Positions 7,441 to 17,300 of a stretch of 47,166 bases of DNA are shown here, one piece after another. The position numbers and the translations under genes are program-made. Source of the stretch: Bradymonadia bacterium (lineage in GTDB: Bacteria; Myxococcota_A; Bradymonadia; UBA7976; UBA1532); assembly GCA_046290225.1 (NCBI GenBank), contig JBKAGE010000063.1, positions 1 to 47,166 of the forward strand. Direction: 5' to 3'. The notes under the pieces are model-generated. The model searched no databases. It saw only the letters and a program-made list of their open reading frames with translations, and had not been told where the DNA came from. The number at the start of each line of letters is the position of its first letter. The stretch's first letter is position 1.

Positions 7441-10338
7441 ATGATGAATCGAAGCTACGCACTCATGCTCTACCTCGCCTTCGCCATTGCAGCTCAGGGC
7501 TGTGATGACAGCGGAGGAGGTGGTGGGGGCGACAGCGACGGTGGCGTTGGGGGCGCCGAGCAGGCCTGCGCCGTGTCGTTGTCCACCGAGGCTGCGCGAG
7601 CAGGCACCGTCATCACGCTCGAGGGCGTCGATCTCGGCGAGCGAGAGTTCGCCATCGTGGTGAACGCCCCCGCCCTGCCTGGGCCCACAGCGATCCCGGG
7701 CACGTATCTGCCCGATGACCAGCAGATCGGCTTCTTCGCCCCCGCCATGGTGGAGACCATGGACGCCGAGACCACCTTCGCCGTGGAGCTGCACGTCGAC
7801 GGTGCAGATCCGTGCCGCGCCGGCACCCTCACCGTGGCGCCGCTGCCTCAAGTGGGCGATGCCTCGCTCGCCACAGTCGTCGGTGACCTACAGAGCGTCT
7901 TCGACCAGCAGCTCGCTTTCTTTGGCGTCACTGAAGAGATGCTCGACGACCCTGATCCGGAGATGGTGAATCTGCTCGCCCCCCTCGCCGCGGTGCGCTA
8001 CGCCCTCGATCACCCCGACAACCCCGACAGCCTCGCCCGAGTGGCCGACGGCACCGCTGCGACCCTCAGCATCGCGGGGCCACAGCGCGAGCTGATCGAC
8101 CGGGTGCTCACCCAGGTGGTGGCCGATCTGCCCCCCCTCGACCAGATGCAAGAGGGGCTGCGGCCCGGCGATCTCGTCGGGGCCTCTCTCGCCGACTGTG
8201 GGGTCTTGCCCTCGAACATCAGCACCGCCGATGAGCTCGACTGCTGGATGAGCGTGCAATCTACCGTGCAGGCCATCTTCGCCTCGAGAGCGGCGAAGTA
8301 CATCCGGGCCACCATCGGCGTGGCCATCGGCGTCGCCGGGGTGTTCACCGCGGGCACCGCCGCCGCCGTGGCGGGTCTGGTGAACTTCGTGGTGAACCAG
8401 ATGATCGACGCTCTGGAGAACCTGCTGCCCTCTTCGATCGAAGACATCACCTTCGTGGCCACGAAGACCAAGCTGTGCGACGGCGAGTCCGGTGAGGTGC
8501 AGCAAGTGACGGTGGTGGCCCAGAACAAGGGCTGGACCATCTCGATCTTCACCATCATCGACGGGGTGCTGGCCTCGGTGGGGGTGGCCCAGGCCTACAA
8601 GGTGTTGGGCACTGGGGCGAGCGCCGGCGAGGCCCTCGCCGACAGCGCCCGCTTCGCCAACCTCACCGCCGGCCAGCGCGAGGCGGTGCAGCAGGGCGCC
8701 GACACCGTGTGGGGCATCATCCGCGACGGCATCGTGAACTTCACCGGCCTCGTGTCCCCGGGGACCGGCGATCTCGTCACCTTCGGCGCCCGACGCTTCG
8801 GACCCATCACGCTGCCCGACACTACGTGGTTCAAGGTCGAGAGCGATGACGCCCGGATGCCCGTCGTCGTCGATCGCTACAGCCACGAGAGCGATGTCTC
8901 TCTGACGGCCACCCTCACGGTCACCACCCTGCCCGACCGCTTCGCCGGCGCCGAGGCGAGCCGTGAGGCGGCGATCCAGCTCGACGTGGTGGAGATCTTT
9001 GTTGATCCGGTCTATGCCAAGAAAGGCGAGACCGTGATCCTCACCGCTGAGGTCACCTGTCTCGACGATTACGAGATCTTGTGGACCACGCTGGGCACCG
9101 ACGGCGGCGCCGTGCTCGACCGAGAGGCGGGCGCGTACCTAACCCCCACCTGCGATCGCGAGATCTGCACATACCCCGGAGAGATCTCGGCAGGGCTGGT
9201 GCGTCCCGGCGGCCTCGGCATCGAGCGGGGCAGCGCCGAGGTCAAGGTGGCCGACTGTTGTGTGCCGAACGCCCCCCCGAGCTGCACCCGCGAGGAGCGC
9301 TGTGATTGCGACGATCCTCCGCCGATCTGCGAGGCGGAGTTCTACGTCGCCCCGAGCGGCGAATGTGTAGCCCCCGGCTCGAGCACCACGTTTCAGGTGG
9401 TGACTGATCTTGGCGGGGCGCTGCCCGAGGTGGTGTGGACCGTGCGGGCCATCGAGGGCGAGGCGGCGGGTGAGATCAACCCCGAGGGCGTCTGGATCGC
9501 TCCCGCTGATGCAGAGCGCGTGGTGATCCGCGCCACTGACGTCGACGATGAGACCCGCTGGGCCGAGGCCACGATGACGGTGAACGTCGAGTGCAGCGCT
9601 TGGTCGGTCACCGGTGCCCCAGGAGGGCTGTTCCAGGGCCAGGGGGTGCTGGTGCCGCAGCCACGGGCGGTGCCCGACGAAGATGGTGTACTCACCTGGA
9701 CTTTCGCCCTGAACCAAGTGGGCAACCCCCAGGGACAGCCAGCGGGGGCCTTGGCACTCAGGGGGCACCCAGGCTTCGACGATCAGTGTCAAGGGCCTAC
9801 GGGGGTCTACGAGGCCGCCTTCGCCGTGGGCCGCATGCGCGACGGCCTGAACGCCGAGTCGGTCTCGGCGCGCGTGCTGGAGATCGGCCCTGGCGGGATC
9901 CGCATCGAGTTCAGCGGCATGGGGCTCTACGCTGAGCAGATAGGCGACGAGATCAGAGAGAGCCCAAGCTTCATCTCTGGCTCACTGAGCACCGCCGAGG
10001 GCATCTGTACCGGCCTGGAGAACCCTGATCCGATCGGCGATGCAGAGCCCCTGGGCTACATCTTCGATCCTGGGGCGCCAGGCATCTGCCTCGAGGTCTT
10101 CGAGACTCCCGACTTCAGCGAGCGGGCCTGGAACCAGGTCTGCGGCGCTGCGGGGCCGCAGTGTACCGATGACGCGCGTTGCCCGTCGGCTCGGCGCCTC
10201 GGACGATGCGATCTGCGCGCCCTGGGCACACAGCTCGGCTTCCCTCAGATCCAACACTACTATCCTGATCCCGAAATCGACATCGCCGACGCCCGCCAGA
10301 GCTGCGAGTTCCAGAACGGCACCTGGTACGACAACTGA
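7441..10338 (+). CDS. Large hypothetical lipoprotein (~965 aa)
   Basis: GGAGAG RBS before ATG 7441. Signal peptide with lipobox AQG-C followed by DD and a Gly-rich tether. Central hydrophobic Gly/Ala segment, Ig-like beta regions, Cys-rich C-terminal domain. Confidence 0.8.
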   Translation: MMNRSYALMLYLAFAIAAQGCDDSGGGGGGDSDGGVGGAEQACAVSLSTEAARAGTVITLEGVDLGEREFAIVVNAPALPGPTAIPGTYLPDDQQIGFFAPAMVETMDAETTFAVELHVDGADPCRAGTLTVAPLPQVGDASLATVVGDLQSVFDQQLAFFGVTEEMLDDPDPEMVNLLAPLAAVRYALDHPDNPDSLARVADGTAATLSIAGPQRELIDRVLTQVVADLPPLDQMQEGLRPGDLVGASLADCGVLPSNISTADELDCWMSVQSTVQAIFASRAAKYIRATIGVAIGVAGVFTAGTAAAVAGLVNFVVNQMIDALENLLPSSIEDITFVATKTKLCDGESGEVQQVTVVAQNKGWTISIFTIIDGVLASVGVAQAYKVLGTGASAGEALADSARFANLTAGQREAVQQGADTVWGIIRDGIVNFTGLVSPGTGDLVTFGARRFGPITLPDTTWFKVESDDARMPVVVDRYSHESDVSLTATLTVTTLPDRFAGAEASREAAIQLDVVEIFVDPVYAKKGETVILTAEVTCLDDYEILWTTLGTDGGAVLDREAGAYLTPTCDREICTYPGEISAGLVRPGGLGIERGSAEVKVADCCVPNAPPSCTREERCDCDDPPPICEAEFYVAPSGECVAPGSSTTFQVVTDLGGALPEVVWTVRAIEGEAAGEINPEGVWIAPADAERVVIRATDVDDETRWAEATMTVNVECSAWSVTGAPGGLFQGQGVLVPQPRAVPDEDGVLTWTFALNQVGNPQGQPAGALALRGHPGFDDQCQGPTGVYEAAFAVGRMRDGLNAESVSARVLEIGPGGIRIEFSGMGLYAEQIGDEIRESPSFISGSLSTAEGICTGLENPDPIGDAEPLGYIFDPGAPGICLEVFETPDFSERAWNQVCGAAGPQCTDDARCPSARRLGRCDLRALGTQLGFPQIQHYYPDPEIDIADARQSCEFQNGTWYDN

Positions 10339-10372
10339 TCAACCCAACTGATCAGCCCGATACCCCTGCCGG

Positions 10373-11599
10373 GTGATCAAAGACCCATTGCGCCTCAGGG
10401 TCTGCGCTGGTAATCCACATACATTACCCGACACATCCGGAAGAGCGCCGCCCGTGGGCAAATCCCAAACCGATCGCCGCATCCTCGGCCTGGACGGCGT
10501 GCGCGCCCTCTCCTGCCTGTGGGTGTTCCTCAGCCACCTGTACCTGATCGACGAAGACTGGTACGAGGCCACGACCTTCACCGGGAAGACCTTCATTCAT
10601 CAGGGCTTCATGGGAGTGGCCATCTTCTTCGTGCTCAGTGGCTTCCTGCTGTCACAGCCCTTCTGGCGCAAGCACGCCACCCACGACGGACCTCAGACGC
10701 AGCCCAACCTGCGCAGCTACACCCGGCGGCGGGTGGCCCGGATCATCCCTGGCTACCTCGCGGCGCTGCTGCTCCCGGCCATCATCAACGGCATCATCGC
10801 CAAGACCTGGGTGATCAAGAGCGTGGCGCTGTCGGTGGTCTTCGCCAACCAGTTCCTGCCCATCACCTATCAGCCCGACTGGAACCGCCCGCTGTGGTCG
10901 ATCAGCATCGAGATGACGTTCTACGTCTTCCTGCCCCTGTGCTGGTGGCTGGTGCTCCGGGTGAGATCCCGTGGGGGCGCCTGGGCGATGATCGTGGGCT
11001 TGATGACCGTGATCGCCGTGGGCCACTGGGTGTTCTTGTCCTATGCGCCGGCCATCGAGACGGCGGTGGGCGATCTGACCCTCTTCAACTCGACCAACCA
11101 GTCGACGCTGTTCCCGGCCCACGTGGCCTTTACGCACTTCTTGTGGGGGGTGCTCGCAGCAGATCTGCACCTGCACCTGCCGCGACGTGATGATCAGCGT
11201 GGTCTCTACGACATCATCTCTGCGGTGCTGGTGGCGCTGATGTTCGTGCTGCCCTCCACCTTGGAGATGAAGGGCATCCCCGCGCTGCACCACATCAAGT
11301 ACGCCTGGCCCACCTATCCGATGCTGGTGGCGGCGATCTTGTTCTGCCTGCCCCGCTCGAACCTCACCGGGCGCCTGCTGGACAACGCGTTCCTGAAGCT
11401 CACGGCGAAGTGGTCCTTCGGCATCTACATCTGGCAATACCCGGTGCTGCTCTGGGCCGGTAGCTTCTGGGTGGATCGCCTGGGCAGCCGGCCGCTGGAG
11501 GTGGCGGTGTCCGGCGCCACGGGCCTGGTGGTGTGCTACGCCATCGCGGGGGCCTCCTACCAGTGGCTGGAGCTGCCCTTCATCAAGCGCTTCAGGTAG
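10373..11599 (+). CDS. Acyltransferase-3 (OafA/YrhL-like) membrane acyltransferase
   Basis: Motifs LDGVRALSCLWVFLSH, GVAIFFVLSGFLL, RRVARIIPGY, LWSISIEMTFY, SFGIYIWQ. About 10 TM segments. The true start may lie downstream. Confidence 0.9.
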   Translation: MIKDPLRLRVCAGNPHTLPDTSGRAPPVGKSQTDRRILGLDGVRALSCLWVFLSHLYLIDEDWYEATTFTGKTFIHQGFMGVAIFFVLSGFLLSQPFWRKHATHDGPQTQPNLRSYTRRRVARIIPGYLAALLLPAIINGIIAKTWVIKSVALSVVFANQFLPITYQPDWNRPLWSISIEMTFYVFLPLCWWLVLRVRSRGGAWAMIVGLMTVIAVGHWVFLSYAPAIETAVGDLTLFNSTNQSTLFPAHVAFTHFLWGVLAADLHLHLPRRDDQRGLYDIISAVLVALMFVLPSTLEMKGIPALHHIKYAWPTYPMLVAAILFCLPRSNLTGRLLDNAFLKLTAKWSFGIYIWQYPVLLWAGSFWVDRLGSRPLEVAVSGATGLVVCYAIAGASYQWLELPFIKRFR

Positions 11600-11610
11600 C
11601 CAAAATGAGG

Positions 11611-14097
11611 TCAGCTCGCCGAGAGCTGGCCCAGCGACTCTCGAATGTACCGCCTCACCAGGGCGGAAGACTCCGCGCCGTGGGCTCGCTCGAGGGCGCT
11701 CTTCGCGTTGGCGTCGCCCAGACGAGCCAGGGCCTTCACCGTGAGCAGCCGCACCGCGAAGGTGCCATCGGTCAGGTAGTGCTCGAGGGTCTGCCGCACC
11801 TTCTCCTTAAGCTCAGTCGAACCCTTGCGACCCAACTGAGCCAGGGCCCCCGTGGCCACCTGTCGAATCGATCGCGGGTGACCGGGCTGAAGACGAAGGG
11901 CGATCTCGTCGAAGACCTCGGCCACCTCGTGGGCGGACAAAGCCTGGACTGCAGCGGCAGCGATGCAGTGCCGCGGCGAGGCGGCGTCGAGGTAGAGACG
12001 AATCACAGCCCGCGCCTCCTCGGTCTTGATCTCCCCGAGGGCCCCGAGGGCGGCACAGCGCACACGGTGACTCTCCTCTGAGCGCAGCACATCGGCGAGG
12101 ACGTCGATCTGGCCAGGCTCGCTGCCCACGCCCAGGGCGCGGACTGCGGCGGCCCGCACCCGCCACTCCGGCTCAGCCTCAGCGGAGATCACCTGTCTCA
12201 ATGCTCGTCGCGCCATGATGCTCTGATGGGCACCGAGGGCCCGGGCCGCCTCACGGCGGACCGCCGGTGACGGGTCGTTGCAGAGGACCTGCGCCAGCAC
12301 CCGGGTGTTCTGGGGGCGTCCGCGTTTGCCGAGGGCCCTGACCGTGCGGATACGCAACGGCACCGGGCCAGTCCCCTCTCCACCGGGGGTCGCGTCGATG
12401 GCTACGTAGTTGGGGCCCATCAGCCGAGCAGCGAGGGCACCATCGGCCTCACCTGACTCGTCGATCTCCACCAGACATGCCTGATGTGGATCGAAAGCCA
12501 CCCACGACGGCGGCGTGGAGAGCGGCAGTGACGTCACCCCCCCTGAGCCGGCGTGTATCCGCCACGTCTTCAAGGCACCGTCAGCCCAGGCCTGCACCGT
12601 GAGGGTGAGGGCGTGGGCGCCCTCGTCAGTGCGCGTGGTCTCCAGCAGCAAACCTCCATCTGCCCGCCAGGACCACTTCACGCTGATCTGGGGATGCCCC
12701 GCACCGTAGACCCACGACTCAAAGAAGGGGTGTAGATCAGCCCCGGTGACCTCTTCGAAGGCGCGCCGTAGATCACAGGTCTCTGCCGCTCGGCCTGCCA
12801 TCCGGGACACATAGGTCTGCACCCCTCTGAAGAACGCCCGGTCACCGATCTGATCTCGCAGTGTGTGCAAGACCAGACAGCCCTTCTCGTAGGCGTGACG
12901 ATCGAAGAGCACATAAGGATCGGCATAGCGGCGGCTCACCACGGGGCGGGCATACCGCTCTCTGGCTTCGGAGAGGTAGCTGTCTCGCTCGCTCTGCATG
13001 CGACGGTAGAAATCGTCATCGCCCTCGAGGGCCTGCATACAGAGCTGTTCGAAGTAGGTGGCGAAGGACTCGTTGAGCCAGATCTCCGTCCACCCCCTGG
13101 GGGCGATCAGATCGCCGAACCACTGGTGGGCGAGCTCATGGGCCACCAGCCGCTCCACATCCTCTTCGCGGTGATGCCGACCTTCGACGAGCACCAGATC
13201 GGTGAGGCTCGTGAGGGTGGTGTTCTCCATGCCCCCCCACATGAACTCCTGCAGGAACGTATGGCCATAGCGCGGGTACGGATACGCAGTGCCAGTGCTC
13301 TCGGCGAAGAAGCTCAGCATCTCCCCCATCCGGGAGAAGATCGCCTGTGCGTCTGCCTCCCGACCGGCGGGCACGTAGTGGTGCAGAGAGATCTCGCCTG
13401 CCTGATCGGTGACCTCGACGCTGTCGTCGATGACCAGGGTCATCAGGTAGAGCGCATGGCGGGTGTCGTGGCGCCAGTGCCATCGGCCGTAGCCTTCCGG
13501 ACACTGGAGCGCGCCTTCTGAAGCTGCGGGTGTAACGGGCACCCCGTTGGCCCGCGCCGCATATGCCTCAGGCACATCGGCGATGATCTCCGAAGTCACC
13601 ATGTGCTCTGGGGCGTCGAAGCACGGGAACCACCGGTGGTGGTCTTCCATGGCCCCCTGAGTCCAGGCCTGAACGCGCCGCTCGGGGGCGTGGCTGTCGG
13701 GACCGACGAAGTAGAGCCCTGCCGTGGGCCACGCGGTGTAGCGCAGGCTCAGCATGATCGTCTCGCCGTGTTGTCGGGGCGTGTCGAGGGTGATCATGAC
13801 CCCCCCCTCGTAAGGGCTGTGGCTCAAGTCGACCGCGGGTTGACCGGGGGTGAGCAGCTTCACCGTGTGTACCACCAGATCAGTGGCGTCGATGGGCACC
13901 CGGGTCACGTCATCGCCGAGGATCTCCACGGTGTGGTGCACCTCGCCCTCCACCACGGGCCGCTCGGGATCAATCTGCACGTGCAGTCGAACATGCAGAG
14001 GTTTCAATGGGATGGGCCGCCGTCGAGCGGGGCGGGCGGCGGGCTCGTCGAAGCTGTGGGGGGTGACGGGGGTGGGCGACTCATGGCCAGTGGGCAC
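11611..14097 (-). CDS. M1 family zinc aminopeptidase with C-terminal HEAT repeats
   Basis: GGMEN exopeptidase motif, HELAHQWFG-...-WLNESFATY (HExxH-x18-E), AYEKG. C-terminal VRxxAAxALG HEAT-like repeats. Confidence 0.93.
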   Translation of the reverse strand: MPTGHESPTPVTPHSFDEPAARPARRRPIPLKPLHVRLHVQIDPERPVVEGEVHHTVEILGDDVTRVPIDATDLVVHTVKLLTPGQPAVDLSHSPYEGGVMITLDTPRQHGETIMLSLRYTAWPTAGLYFVGPDSHAPERRVQAWTQGAMEDHHRWFPCFDAPEHMVTSEIIADVPEAYAARANGVPVTPAASEGALQCPEGYGRWHWRHDTRHALYLMTLVIDDSVEVTDQAGEISLHHYVPAGREADAQAIFSRMGEMLSFFAESTGTAYPYPRYGHTFLQEFMWGGMENTTLTSLTDLVLVEGRHHREEDVERLVAHELAHQWFGDLIAPRGWTEIWLNESFATYFEQLCMQALEGDDDFYRRMQSERDSYLSEARERYARPVVSRRYADPYVLFDRHAYEKGCLVLHTLRDQIGDRAFFRGVQTYVSRMAGRAAETCDLRRAFEEVTGADLHPFFESWVYGAGHPQISVKWSWRADGGLLLETTRTDEGAHALTLTVQAWADGALKTWRIHAGSGGVTSLPLSTPPSWVAFDPHQACLVEIDESGEADGALAARLMGPNYVAIDATPGGEGTGPVPLRIRTVRALGKRGRPQNTRVLAQVLCNDPSPAVRREAARALGAHQSIMARRALRQVISAEAEPEWRVRAAAVRALGVGSEPGQIDVLADVLRSEESHRVRCAALGALGEIKTEEARAVIRLYLDAASPRHCIAAAAVQALSAHEVAEVFDEIALRLQPGHPRSIRQVATGALAQLGRKGSTELKEKVRQTLEHYLTDGTFAVRLLTVKALARLGDANAKSALERAHGAESSALVRRYIRESLGQLSAS

Positions 14098-14304
14098 AGC
14101 GCTCTCCAGGCAAGGGGTGATGGGATCTGTTCTGAATCAGCGGCGGCAGCGCGTCAAGGCGTGGGTCACCGGATACTCACGCTGAGGAGACCCCCGAGTT
14201 CAGCGGGCCTGACCCTTCTCCGTTCCTCGCTCCGTCGTGCGTGAGTCCGTCCCCGTCTACCGATGGGCTCTCGCCGCGCGTCATCGCCTGGAGGAGAGGG
14301 TTTC

Positions 14305-17300
14305 ATGAAACATGCACATCGCCAGGGCCTGGGAGGCCTGTTGCTGGCGCTGTCCGTCGCTGCGGTGGGAGGCTGCAGCGACGAACACGCCACACCCCCG
14401 ACAGATCAACCCAAATCGGCTTCACCTGCCGATCAGACCGCTGGGGAAGGCGATCTGGTCTTGGGGGTGACCTCGGACACGCTCGACGCAGAATGCATCC
14501 CGAGCTGTGAGACCGAGGGCCGCAAGTACATGCGACGTTGCATGGCGCTCGGCGAGACGCTCGACACGTGCCGCGGACAGATGGAGCCTCTGCTCGATCG
14601 CTGCATCGACGCATGTGCCGCGGATGATCCCGAGGCCCCCACCTGTGCAGATCGCTGCGCATACGACGAGCGTCTGGTGGGCCTGACCTGTCTGATGGAG
14701 GGGGAGCCCCCTGTCACCTGTACCGCTCAGGCAGAGCGCGCCGTTCAGAGTTGTGAGGCGGTGAAGTGTGCTGCCCCCGAAGAAGATCCTGTCGCTGGCT
14801 GCTTCATCGACTGCAGCCGGCAAGCGAGCGAGGTGGCCAGCCTCTGCAGCGATCTGTTGGGCGACGCCGATCACCCGCTGTGTGTGGGCAAGTATCAGCG
14901 CAGCTTCGGCAGCTGCGCCGCGGAGTGCCCTGAGCCCTCGCCCCGCACCTGTGAGGTGGATTGCCGTACCCAGGCCCCCTGGGTGACCCAGGGCTGCGTC
15001 GAGGGTGGCGGTGATCCTGAGCGATGTGAAGCCCACAGCCGCGACCATGTGTCGTGGTGCGTGAACACCCACTGTGTGGCCGCCCCTGCGGAGACCTGTG
15101 AATCACTCTGTCGCCGCGAGGCAGGCCAGATGGCTGGTGCCTGTGCAGCTGCAGGCACCCCCATCGAGATCTGCAGAGACGAGGCACGGCAGATGGAGGT
15201 GCAGTGTCGCGAGTCTCGCTGCGAGCGCAGCTGCGAGGACACCTGCCAGCTCGAGAGCGAGCAAGGCCTCCGGCGCTGCCTGAGCCTCGGTGAGGCGCCC
15301 CCCTCCGAGTGTCTCGAGACGGCTCACCAGGGTCTGCACGTCTGCCATGTGATCGAGTGTGGCGCCGAGCCTCGAGAAGAAACCTGTCATGAGACCTGCG
15401 GCGCCCAGGGTGACGCCCTGCAACGCTACTGCGATCGCACCGCCGGGATCTCTGCAGACCAATGCGCAGGCTGGCGCCGACAGTTCGTCGAAGCCTGTGA
15501 GGCTGATCGCTGCCCACCTCCTCCGGTGCCCTGTGATCAAGAGTGTCTCGATGGCACCCTCGCCGCTTTGAGCAACTGCCTCGGCAACGGTGGTGATCGC
15601 AGCTTCTGCCTCGACACCGCCGAGCGGGGGCTCAACCAGTGCCTCGAGCTGCGCTGTGACATTGACTCTCCGGAGCCTCCTGCCTGTGAGGGGTTCGAGT
15701 GTGATCAGCAAGCGTGTGATGCCATCTGCCGTCCGAGGGCAAACCTGATCTTCGACGCATGCATCAGCAGCGGCGAGCCCCCCGAGATGTGCGAGATGCA
15801 AGCCGGCGAGTACCGCCGCAGCTGTGTCGACGCCTGCCTGCCTCCAGTACCCGAGACCTGCGAGGAAGGTTGCGCTCTCCGTGCTGCCCAGGCCCGCGCA
15901 GCCTGCGACGAGGTGAACGACGGGCAGGCCGACTGCGACGCCGTGGCGGAGCAGGTGGCTCAGGTCTGCCTCATGGAGCGCTGTGACGACGATGTGGATC
16001 AGCCCCCTTGTGAGCAGGCCTGTGTCATCGGCCGTCTCGAAGACTTCACCCTCTGCGTGGGCCTCGGCCGTGACGTCACGGAGTGTGCCGCGGCGATTCA
16101 AATCGACGCCCAGGCCTGCGTCCAGACCTGCTTCGACGGCCCGCCCACCTGCGAGGGTGAGTGCCTCATGAGCAGCATCGACGTCTTCACCGAGTGCCTC
16201 GCCGCTGGCGGCACCCTGGAGGCGTGTGGTGATCGCACCGCCGAGCACAGCGAGATCTGCGAGTGGCAGTGCGAGCGCACCCCCGAGCATTGCGCCGACC
16301 GCTGCCGCCCCGTGGCTGAGGCGCGCTTCGAGCGCTGCCTCGAGTCCGGTGAGCGCCCTGACGTCTGCCAGGATCAGTTCGTCGATCAGCTCGACCACTG
16401 CCTCTCCACCTGTGATCAGCCTTGTCCCGAGGGCTGCCACCCCGAGGCAGACGGCACCTGCTTCTGCCCCGACGAGCCGCTCACCTGCGCCGATGAGTGC
16501 GAGCGTCAGGATCGCGACCGACTGCGGATCTGCGAAGAGAACCGCTGGGATGCGGAGACCTGTGAGCAATTCCTCGACAACACCCGCGATCCCATCGACG
16601 CCTGCTTTGCTCAGTGTGAGCGCCCATGCGCGCCAGGCTGCGATCTCGATGCAGCGGGTGCGTGTCACTGCCCCGACGACGATCGTCAGTGCTCGGACCG
16701 CTGCCGCGAAGAGGCCACCCACCAGCTGACCGAGTGCACCCTCGCCGGTGAGCCCCCAGAGGCCTGTATCGAGGCCACCGAGGCGACCTTCGACATCTGC
16801 CGCGCTGGCTGTGTCGATCAATGCCCCGCGGACTGTATGGTCTTCGATGGTGAATGCCTCTGCGACGTGCCCTGCGAGGCAGCCTGTCAGATGGAGGTGG
16901 AGGAGGCCTGTGATCGCGGTGAGCATCAGGCACCCTGGTGCGACTCCGCCGCTCAGCGTGGCGCCCATCAGGCCGCCTGCCGTCTGCGCTGTGACGCAGA
17001 GGAAGGCAGCTGCGTCGATCAGTGCACCCGCCTGGGCGAGATCGAGCTGCTCTCGTGCAACGCCGAAAACCCTGACGCTCCGGAAGCGTGTCAGGACCGC
17101 CGCAACGCGGTGCGGGCAGAATGCTTCGAAGGCTGCGGCCCCATCTGTGAGCCCGGCTGCGCCCCCAACGACGTCGGTGAGTGTATCTGCGACGCCCCCA
17201 CCCCCTGTGAGGCTCCGTGCATCGAACGCGCCGCCGCCGCACAGCAGACCTGCCTCGCTCAGGGCGAGACACCTCAGCAGTGTCAGCTGCAGGCACGGCA

